From assembly GCF_018350175.1 (NCBI RefSeq), contig NC_058369.1:19282001-19346000 (forward strand): a DNA stretch of 64,000 nucleotides. The letters run 5' to 3'. Every line of letters starts with the position of its first letter. The stretch's first letter is position 1. The notes below the pieces were generated by a model. It was not told where the DNA came from. It made no database searches and saw only the letters and a program-made list of their open reading frames with translations. Below, piece by piece: positions 10,604 through 26,670 of the stretch. The DNA comes from Felis catus (Eukaryota). A program made the translations under genes and the position numbers.

Positions 10604-13561
10604 CGCCGCGCCCGCCAGCCAGCTCCCTGAACCTAGTGCGCTGGTAGCCTCCAACCACCGCCCCAGGTGCGTGTGCGCGTGCGCCGGGATATGGGTTCGC
10701 GCCGCGACCGTTAACACTGAAACGTAGACGGCTAGGATCTGGCTCTTGCCTCATTGGGGGAGGAACATCGAAGGGCGGGGTCATACACGCCACGCCTCCA
10801 GGAATGACCTCATAGCCCAGGCAGCTCAGCTCAACTCCGCCTCGCAGACCCCACCTCTCTTGGGAAACAAGTCGGCGCCTGTGCGCATGTGCACCAGCGT
10901 GGCCTCAAGACCGGATGCGGATGCGCGAAGGTGCGGAAATTGAGTGGGCGCGGAGACAGGGCGATTCCCGGCAGTTCGCTCGGAGTCAGCTTCCCCGGAA
11001 CCCCTTCGAGCCCGCGCGCAGAATTAGCACTCTCTACCGCGGGGACACCCGCTGTTAGACCATTCATTGAGCGGTCCTAGGCAACTCCTGTAATTTGGCC
11101 CGCTGGTCTTCACGCCTTTCCCGTGAAGCCCCGCCTTTCCCCCCAGCCCCACGCTCACCACGTTGGTGTCCCGCTCCAGCGCAGGTTCCCAGCCCAGGTC
11201 CCGGGGCCCGCAGCAGTCCAGGCTGATGAGCGCGCGGCAACGGTAGTGGCAGGTGAACTTGCAATCTGCAGAGAGGTCTGGCTGTGAGGCGGCGGAGCCC
11301 CAGCTCCAGTTCAGAGAAACTTTCCGGGGGACGGAAGAGAAACCCCGGGATGAAAGCCGTTGCCCGCCAGGCTCTACATGACCGGCCTTATCTTAGGTCC
11401 CTTTGTCCCCCGCTGCTATATAGATTCCAGTATTGGTCCCCGGGTGTCTGGAAACTGGTGAGAAGGCCTCAGGCGGTTACGGATCCAGGCCTGTTAAACA
11501 GTTTTATCTCTAGCACCTAGGGTAGAACTTCCCCCTTCCTCATTGTCAACACCCTACCTCCGCCCATTTACTTGATGGGAAAAAAACCCAAAATCTCTTA
11601 ACTCTTGTTCCCCTGTCACCTGTCTCTACACCCCTCACACCAAAACTAACATTAGTCTGCATACACTCTAATTCCTCACCTTCACGCTCTCCTGTATCCA
11701 TTCCAGTGAGGCTTGCCCCTCCCTCCAGGAAACGGCCCTGGTTAGGGTCCTCAGCAACCTGTGCACAGTCGAATGCCAGGTCCCTTCTCCATCCTCACCT
11801 CCTCCCCATCATTTGATGCTTGATCCCCTTGGGCTTCCCACTACTCAGGTTTTCCTCCCATTTTTCTGCAGCTCCTGCTCAGCTCCTTTGGTTCTGTCTC
11901 AACTCCCAGATCTAATGGGCAGCGTGTCTGAGATTCAGTACTGATCACTGTCCTGCTCTGTATACACTCACCTACCCCAGATCCAAGGCTCCCACTGCTG
12001 ACCTTCCTCCTCAGATCAAACCCGGTGTCAACCCAACATGGCCAAAACAACTCTTCTTCCACTTCCCTCTCTCCCCTCGCCAGAGCTCCTCAACTCAGCA
12101 AAAATTGCTACTCTCCCAGTTTGAGGTAAACAAAAATCCCACTTACCCTTGATCCCTCCCTTGTCTTTGCTTCTGACACACACCCAAAATTGTCCTAGAT
12201 TTTATCTTTGTGACCACTTCATTTCTCCTTGGGAACATTGCAATATCTCAGCCCTTGCTCACACTTGGTATTCTGTCACAACTCTGGTGTTCAGGACAGA
12301 CTCTTGAACCGAGAGAGTCTCCGTGCCTACAAAGGCTTGGGACACCTTCTCTAAGTCCCTAAATGGTCCAGAGCAGTGATTCTCAACCCAGGCTGCCAAC
12401 TGGAATGATCTGTTTTGTTTTGTTTTTAAATTGCTGATACACTCCCCGTGATGGATTCCACAGGTCTGAGGTCCAGGCACAGGGGCTTGGAGGGCTGTAA
12501 AATCCCAACCGATTCTAGCTGGTGTATAGCCAGCGGGGCAGCAACCTCTGCTTGCTGGTGATTCCTGGGAGGGCAGAAGGACCGCTGGTGTGTGGTTGTG
12601 TTTCATGTTTTAGCACCTGGTTGACTGGGGCTGCGATAGGTATTGCTCAAAATTCCTGCTTGCAGAGGGCCCACCCACGGTACTTTTTCCCTGTCCCCAT
12701 CCCATAGGGAGATAAATTCCCCTCATTCCAGAGATTTTCGAGGGGGACCTAGTGAGTGAATCTTTGGGAAAGCTCAGGCCTAGGAACATGGACTTAGAGA
12801 ATGGTCAGCACAAACCCTTTCTCAAGAAGAACCAAGTCACTTTACAGAAAAAGAGTTTGAGGGTGTCCGGGTTGCTCAGTCGGTTGAGCTTCCGACTTTG
12901 GCTCTGGTCATGATCTCACAGTTTGTGAGTTCCAGCCCAGCGACTGGGTCTCTGCTGTTAGCGCAGAGCCTGCTTTGGACCTCTGTCCCTCCCTCTCTCT
13001 GCACCTCCCCCGCTCGCGCTCTCTCTCAAAAATATATTAAAACATTTTTAAAAATTAGATAAAAAGCTTGAGATCGGCACCGTTATTCATAGGCAGCCGC
13101 CTCTGCCCAACTGTGCCCCTAATGCAGATGGAATAAGATAAGGATATAACCATCTACCTGCCTGCACTCTTACACGACCGGGCAAAGGTAACGGACCTTG
13201 CTCGCCGGAACCAACCCTTCCGACCCCCTCCTTTGCGACTTGATACGCAGCGACGGCGCTGCCCATTGGCCGCCCTTTTCGCTCTTGCCAGCGCGCGGGG
13301 CTGCTACTCACGCGCGCACTGCAGGCCCTTGCGCACGACGCCCAAGATGAAGTCGCCGCAGAGGTCGCACCACGTGTGTGTGGCAGGCCCCGCGGGCTGG
13401 AAGTGGTGGCCGCGGCCCGCGACCAGCTGCCGTGCCGGATTACGCGCGGTGCCCGGCGCGATGCGCAGCGCGTTGGCACGCTCCAGCCGGGTGCGGCCGG
13501 GGCCCGCGCGCCGCGCGGGTTCCAGTTCCCTCAGTTCAATGAGCTCAGGTTTCGTGGACAT
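5440..13561 (-). CDS. RASSF1: Ras association domain family member 1, isoform A (340 aa; C1, RA and SARAH domains)
   Basis: join(complement 13312..13561 [1alpha], 11159..11265 [2alpha-beta], 6963..7067, 6460..6757, 6227..6342, 5440..5586). All GT-AG, 1023 nt. C1 zinc ligands H52/C65/C68/C82/C85/H90/C93/C101 are present. ATM site ETPDLS131Q, RA domain, and SARAH tail WDAFSMPELHNFLRILQREEEEH...HACPLG*. Confidence 0.97.
8657..8676. repeat. G20 homopolymer
   Basis: 20 consecutive G in a RASSF1 intron. Confidence 0.9.
8960..9168 (-). mobile_element. CAN-SINE (SINEC, older carnivore subfamily)
   Basis: On the minus strand: tRNA-derived head (GGGGGCCCCTGGGTGGCTCAGTTGGTTGAG), (CT)n tract and an A tail of about 30 nt. 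Target-site duplication TGGAGGATT at 8953-8961 and 9171-9179. Confidence 0.92.
10130..11400. promoter_or_regulatory. RASSF1: RASSF1C CpG-island promoter
   Basis: CpG-dense region covering exons 2gamma and 2alpha-beta. NRF1-like motifs TGCGCATGTGCA (10882-10893) and TGCGCGTGCGC (~10674-10684). Confidence 0.85.
11700..12200 (+). mobile_element. L2 LINE remnant
   Basis: Pyrimidine-rich sequence with CAACATGGCCAAAACAACTCTTCTT and GGTTTTCCTCCCATTTTTCTGCAGCTCC, resembling the L2 ORF2 3' region. Boundaries approximate. Confidence 0.6.
12376..12535 (+). mobile_element. Degenerate MER5A-like hAT element
   Basis: Starts CAGTGATTCTCAACCCAGGCTGC and has a GATTCTAGCTGGTGTATAGCCAG right end resembling MER5A. 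Strongly diverged. Confidence 0.5.
12861..13066 (+). mobile_element. CAN-SINE (SINEC)
   Basis: GGGTGTCCGGGTTGCTCAGTCGGTTGAG head, B-box region GTGAGTTCCAGCCC, CT tract and A-rich tail. Confidence 0.9.
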
Positions 13562-13900
13562 GGCCGGGTCGCGCCCGGACTCCCGCCGGCTGTCGGCGCG
13601 AGCGAGCGCGGGGCGGGCGGGGCCGCGGGGCGGACCCCGATTCGGCGCCGCCCCCGGGATCCCGGCAGGGCGGCGGGAGAGAACCGGGGCGAGCGGTGCA
13701 AAGGAAACCTGGGCGCTCCGGCCGTGTCGGCCCACAGGCGGAATGGGGCGGCGAGGGCGCGGGGTTGGGCACGCTCTCGCAGAGTCCCCGCCCTCCTTTT
13801 CCTTTTCTCCACGCATCCTGGGAGCAACCTCCCTCCTGCTGACGACGACGACGACGACGACCACCGCAAAAGGCCACTCGGAGACAGACTGTTTCTAGAG
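13080..13900. promoter_or_regulatory. RASSF1: RASSF1A CpG-island promoter
   Basis: CpG-dense region over exon 1alpha with GC boxes (GGGCGG, ~13611-13630). In human the orthologous island is the one silenced by methylation in tumours (established knowledge). Confidence 0.85.
13841..13861. repeat. (GAC)7 trinucleotide repeat
   Basis: Perfect CpG-containing triplet repeat at the upstream edge of the RASSF1A island. Confidence 0.95.
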
Positions 13901-14190
13901 GCCAGCTTTACTGTGCTAGACCAACAGGGTCCCCACATCCGCCCTTGCCTTTGCCCCCGCCCAGGCCTCCTGCTTGCTGAGGCAGCGCCCTCAGCCTACC
14001 CGCTGGGTAGGGCAGGAAGTGGGGAGCGCTTTACTGGGGGAGATGGGGCGGCAGCTGTACCCTTCCCCCGCTGTGCTCACCACCTGGGAAGCTGGGGCTC
14101 TGGCAGACGCTAGGCTGAGATCCTGAGGTCCAGGGCACATTCTGAGTGGGTTGTACCGCATGGGTGGGTGGCCCTCAGCGGCTGTAGCCT

Positions 14191-18420
<4,230 letters not shown>

Positions 18421-18730
18421 CTGCCTCCAGTAGGTCTCCTGCCCGACTCCACCTGTTGGCTCTATCCCCTAAAGTACTGCCCAGTGCCCACGTCTCTCCA
18501 TTCTAGCCTAGGAGGCTGCCAGCACATGTCATGAAGTAACTGCTGTAGTCTTTTTCTAGGTGCCTCTGTGGACGCTTCTAGTCCTCGAAATAATGTCCAA
18601 AGCAGCTTATCAGCAATTCTGCAGTATTAAGGTCTTGCCCCTTCCTTACCTCAGTACTTCATCTGTTGTCCCTCTCCCCATTGCTTCCCATGTGTCAGCC
18701 CCAGTGGGCCTCTCTTGGATTCCTTACACA

Positions 18731-18928
18731 TTTTTTTTTTAATGTTTATTTATTTTTGAGGGGGGGAGAAGCAGAGAGAGAGGGATACAGAGGATCTGAA
18801 GCAGGCTCCTGCTGACAGCAGAAAGCGTGATGCAGGGCTCCAGCCCACCAACCGTGAGATCATGACCTGAACTGAAGTCGAAAGCTTAACCGGCTGAGCC
18901 ACCACCACCTGAGCCACCCAGATGCCCC
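18731..18928 (-). mobile_element. CAN-SINE (SINEC) inserted into an L2 remnant
   Basis: On +: T-tract, AATGTTTATTTATTTTTGAG, GAGATCATGACCTGAA, CTGAGCCACCCAGATGCCCC. Carries a small internal duplication of CTGAGCCACC. Confidence 0.9.
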
Positions 18929-18929
18929 A

Positions 18930-19260
18930 GGTTCCTCATACATCCTAAAGTTGCTTTTACTTTGCACCTGTTCCCTCTGCCTGGAATACTCTTCCTCCTT
19001 CAGGCCTCAGTTCAAGTCACCTCAGCGAGGCCTTCCTTGCCCATTTAATCCAGGACAGCCCCAGCTCCCACCCCAAGTCATTCTTCATCACAGCTTCCTG
19101 ATTGTTTCTTTCGGGCTGTTATTTCAGTTTATAATTACCCGGCACATTTACTTGTCCATAGCCAGTCTTGCCCACCAGATGGCGCACCAGGGTGCCAGGA
19201 CCTCGGCTATTTCACTGCCAGTTCTCCAATGGCTGGTTTAGAGGCGGTACTCAATAAAGA
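18930..19260 (+). mobile_element. L2 LINE 3' end remnant
   Basis: CTTTGCACCTGTTCCCTCTGCCTGGAATACTCTTCC...AGGCCTTCCTTG...GTACTCAATAAA are typical L2 3'-end segments. The element probably continues to the left of the SINE at 18731. Confidence 0.7.
19172..19185 (+). promoter_or_regulatory. CTCF consensus motif
   Basis: CCACCAGATGGCGC, a full match to the core consensus, between the ZMYND10 promoter and the NPRL2 3' end. Confidence 0.65.
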
Positions 19261-19278
19261 CAGGTTGAAATGGGTGAT

Positions 19279-19284
19279 TTTATT
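19279..19284 (-). terminator. NPRL2: NPRL2 poly(A) signal AATAAA
   Basis: tttatt on + at 19279-19284, about 125 nt past the stop codon. Confidence 0.75.
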
Positions 19285-19409
19285 CACAGAAGTGAGGGTC
19301 AACCTTGAGACAATATGGACTAGTCTACTGGTCTAGCCCTCATGTACCAGGCAAGGCTTAGCAGGACAGAGTAGCCACAGCCATGTGCCTAGACCAGGCC
19401 ACCCCAGTC

Positions 19410-22570
<3,161 letters not shown>

Positions 22571-23301
22571 GGCGCCAGCAGAGCCCAGGTCTGTAGTCTC
22601 TGACGGCTGGACCCCTTGCGAACACCCGTCGGAAACAGCCCGAAGGCCTGGATGGTGGATCAAGCACGCTTGCGCACTCACACCCGTCAAGCTGTCTGCT
22701 CAACGGCGCCTGCGCAGCATGACCGAGAGGTGTGGCGCGGGGGTGGGGAAGCTTGTCCCAGGAAGTCCCGGGTAGGTAGACGTCGCACCCGGAAGTAAAG
22801 CGGCTCCGCGACGGAGCTGCAGTGCGCGCGACAGGGGCCTGAGTATCCCGCTTTCTTGGGAAGAAACCACCAAGTCGGGTCAGTGCTGCAGGTGAGGCAG
22901 GCGAGTCCCTAGCATGTAGGGTCAGCACGCCAGCGGCACGTGGGGAGACTGTGCGCGAAGGGATTCAGGCTGTAAAGTCGGGAGCAGATGGGAACTACAA
23001 TACCCGTAGCGCTTCACGCGCTTCCTGCTGGCGCTCCCGTCCGGCGATGGCGTGATGCACGCTGGGATTTGTAGTCTATTACTCGGCCTTGCGCATCCTA
23101 CCTGGAAGGTGGGCCAGTGATCAGTGCCAGTTCAGATACTGGGTACACGCTGACAGGCTGCCAGCCCTCGCCTACTTCTTGGAAGAGAGTGGCATTCCTG
23201 CCCTGCAACCCTTGCTCCAGTGTGAGGAGTGGACAGCAGGCACTTGAGACCCTTGCTCATTCTACTATGCTTTCAGGCTCCAGCCACTGGCCCGGTTGAC
23301 C

Positions 23302-25120
23302 ATGGCCCTTTCTGTGGAGACCGAGTCGCACATCTACCGAGCTCTGCGCACTGCCTCTGGGGCTGCTGCCCACCTTGTGGCCCTGGGCTTTACGATCTTT
23401 GTGGCTGTGCTTGCCAGGCCTGGCTCCAGTAAGTAGAATTCATAGTTGACTTCTGGGAAGGAAAGTGCCCCTTCTCCTGGGGAGCAGGAGCAATAGGAAG
23501 CCGTGGGCCTGACTCCTGGGAAAGGCTTGGTTGGCTGGGGGACATCGTATGCTGGAGGAAAAAGTGGGGAGGAAGTGAGTGTGGGGGCTCTGTCAGTTTG
23601 GCCAGAGTACCTGGCTCTTCTTTCCTTGTCTTGGTGCTCCACTTGGCTGCCTTGTGTGAAGTGCTAGGAGAAGGAGGGAGGCCTGCCAGAGGAGTGGCAA
23701 AGCATGGCCTCTGCTCCAGGGAGGGACCAGGAAGCAAGGATAGGTATGGGATGAGCTTGTTGCAGTAACAGGGGCCTTAGTATTTTGGCAGCACTTCCTC
23801 GGGCGATGCGCTGCCCATTTTCCTCAGACTGTAGGGATCGGTGTGGCTGGGTTCTTCTTGCCTCAGCCTCACAAAGCCTCCTCTTCATTCCAGGTCTGTT
23901 CTCCTGGCACCCCATGCTTATGTCTCTGGCTGTAAGTAGTGGCCCTGGCCAGCTCTTAGGGGCGGGAGGGAGCATAGTTCCGGGTGGTAGCCCGGGTAGC
24001 CTCTGAATCCTTATGGATGCTTAATATCTCTTTGGAGGGGTGGAATGTGGAACTGGAGGAGTCGCATGCTCCAACACCTGCCTGTAGTATATAAACCAGA
24101 CTTGAACCAGAATGTTCAAAACCCAGGGCAAATTTGCCTAAGCACAAAATGAGGCTTTATCCACCTTCAGGCAAGAAGCTTGGAAAATGATTTTTGAGTG
24201 TACCTGTGTCTCTTTTTACCTTAATTTATGGTGATGCATCTAATTTTCCCTGAAATAGTGCACCCATGTGGCCAGCTCTTGCCAAGTAACTGTATCCAGC
24301 CCTGTGTTAGGGAAACAAAGCTTGTGAATCATTTATAACTGCCACATCTCAAACCTTGTGTTTGCTGGGTAATATAGCAGACATGACATTTCAAAATAGC
24401 ACCTAGGAAGAAATGTGGAGAGGTATATACCTCTTGCCAGTTACTAAGGGCAGATGTCCTGTCCCTGATAGAGCTCCCCACTCTTGCCCCTCCAAATGGA
24501 TACTCTTGTCATTGGGTAGAGAATGGAGAGGGGGAATCTGCCCACAGTGACTGGCAGCTTAGAAAGTTATCTGAAGCTTTTTTTCCTGACTTAGTTTCCC
24601 ATCCCTGTTTCCCCAGTTCTCTTTCCTGATGACCGAGGCACTGCTGGTGTTCTCTCCTGAGAGTTCGCTGCTGCGCTCCCTCTCACGGAAGGGCCGAGCA
24701 CGCTGCCACTGGGTACTGCAGCTGCTGGCCCTGCTGTGTGCACTGCTGGGCCTAGGTCTTGTCATCCTCCATAAGGAACAGCTTGGCAAAGCCCACCTGG
24801 CCACGTGGCATGGGCGGGCAGGGCTGATAGCTGTGCTGTGGGCCGGGTTGCAGTGCTCAGGTGGGGTGGGGCTGCTCTACCCTAAACTGCTGCCCCGCTG
24901 GCCCCTGGCTAAGCTCAAGCTATACCATGCCACTTCTGGGCTAGTGGGCTACCTTCTGGGTAGTGCCAGCCTCTTGTTGGGCATGTGCTCCCTCTGGTTC
25001 ACCGCCACAGTCACTGGTGGGGTCTGGTACCTTGCTGTGCTATGCCCTGTCATTACCAGTTTGGTCATCATGAGTCAGGTGAGCAATGCCTACCTGTACC
25101 GCAAAAGGATCCAGCCATGA
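23302..25120 (+). CDS. CYB561D2: Cytochrome b561 family member D2 (101F6), 222 aa
   Basis: join(23302..23428, 23894..23931, 24617..25120), GT-AG, 669 nt. [20 protein letters not shown]...YRKRIQP*. The four haem-ligand histidines are in WHP, CHW, WHG and YHA. Confidence 0.97.
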
Positions 25121-25424
25121 GCTCTTCCCAGCCTAGAAGCCTGGATTTGCCCCTCAGTGTAGTAGCGGGGGCTGGGGCCTCCTGGATTTTCTCAGCTAAG
25201 TCATGAGGACATCTCAGGCACTGGGGAAGTCTAAAGTAGGAGTCTTGTGTGTGACATTTTTTGCTTGCTCCTCATGGTGGAGTGCTTCCCCTTTTCTTCT
25301 GTACTGTCCCAGAGGAGCTTATGGATGATGTCTGGATGAAGCTGGGGTTGCAAACCTACTTCCCCAGCAACTCAACTCATACTTGTACTGGTATGTCTGG
25401 AAATTACAGGAGAGAAAAAAGCAA

Positions 25425-25430
25425 AATAAA
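25425..25430 (+). terminator. CYB561D2: CYB561D2 poly(A) signal AATAAA
   Basis: aataaa at 25425-25430, about 305 nt past the stop codon; convergent with the TMEM115 signal. Confidence 0.7.
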
Positions 25431-26110
25431 GAAGAATGACTGAAAAGACCGGATGGGAGGAATAGCTTAGAACTGGGGATAGTTCTCACTAATGCTGTCA
25501 GAGTGAAGAAACAGGCAGCTAGGCAAGATGGGGACCCCTGTCCCTGGCTGCTCACTGAGGGGCTGAAGCTCTCCCAGCACATGAGCTCTGAGATCTGGCT
25601 GCTGAGCCTCCTGTGCCCTCCTGTGCCACCCAGGGCCCTAGATGGGTGGCCCTAGATGGTACAGCTATGTGTCCTTTCACTCTCCCACCTGCATACTGTG
25701 CTGGCATAGCCAAACTGGTGGTTAGATGTGGACAGTGACACGGTGGGAGCTGGGGATGGGCTGTTTCCATAGGTGTCAAGCACTGACCACTGTCTTGAGG
25801 GTGAGCAATCGATAAGAACACTCTTTATGGTAGAGAGGCCCTCAACCATCCGATCTTCTGGGCAGAGCCTCCCTGACTGGGAATCAGAGAGAGAGAAAAT
25901 GAGTAAGTATTGGAAGTGACAGCTCTGGGAAGGGTGTTTAACAGTGGGGGTAGGGGGAGTGGGGGCAATAGGCTTCTTACTCAGCTGGAGCTGGCAGGGA
26001 GACCAAGCCCTTGAACCTAGAGTAAAGTCCCTAACTTTGCAGTTGAACATGATGAGGGGGCTGCCCAAGGTGGTCTGATAGAGCCCAGGAGCCATACCTC
26101 AAAGAACTGC

Positions 26111-26116
26111 TTTATT
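26111..26116 (-). terminator. TMEM115: TMEM115 poly(A) signal AATAAA
   Basis: tttatt on + at 26111-26116, about 555 nt past the stop codon. Confidence 0.75.
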
Positions 26117-26670
26117 GATACTGCGAGGCTGGGCTTCACTGCCCACTCAAGTGGTCCTGTAGAAAATACTTGGGAGCCGTGGCTCTTCTGGCCAAGAAGC
26201 AGCCATAGCCACAGCAGAGGGAATCAGAAATTTTCACATGAACATAGTCTTTCTGAGGGTGGGCAGGAATGTGCAGCCCTGCACTGGCTGGACCCCCAGA
26301 ACAGTTTTGGCAAATCCTTGCCTTGGCTCAGGGCTCTTGGCAACCAGTATCAGGCATCAGGGTTGGCCCAGGAAGTGTGGCACCACTGTCCCTGCAGCCA
26401 CTTGCTTGGGGCTGTCTGCTGAGGTACAGTCTTACCTCAGATGGCCCGGGCTGGCTGACACTTCAGAGGCCCCATGCCTGGCATAGTGGTTGTCTGGAGT
26501 TGGAACCAGGTAGCAAGAGTCCTGGGTAGTGTTGGCGAGAGATAGCAGAAGGCTGTGGAAACCCCCAGCAGCCCTTCTTCCTTCTCAGAGCAGTCAGTGC
26601 CCTGGAGTAGCTGAGAGGTGTCAAGGGGGGGCTTGGGAGAGGAGGCGCCTACACTCAAGGTGGTCTGGAG

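Noticed and set aside
10900-11700. Orthologue of the human antisense lncRNA RASSF1-AS1 (ANRASSF1)
   Set aside because: Plausible from the CpG island, but no + strand poly(A) signal or other sequence feature defines it. It needs expression data.
13980-13998. CTCF site between ZMYND10 and RASSF1A, as reported for human
   Set aside because: The best candidate (GGCTGAGGGCGCTG on -) matches only the right half of the consensus; too weak to call.
13233-14113. Antisense (+) ORFs of 221 and 245 aa over RASSF1A exon 1
   Set aside because: Arg/Gly/Ala/Pro-rich products expected from stop-poor CpG-island sequence; no recognisable protein.
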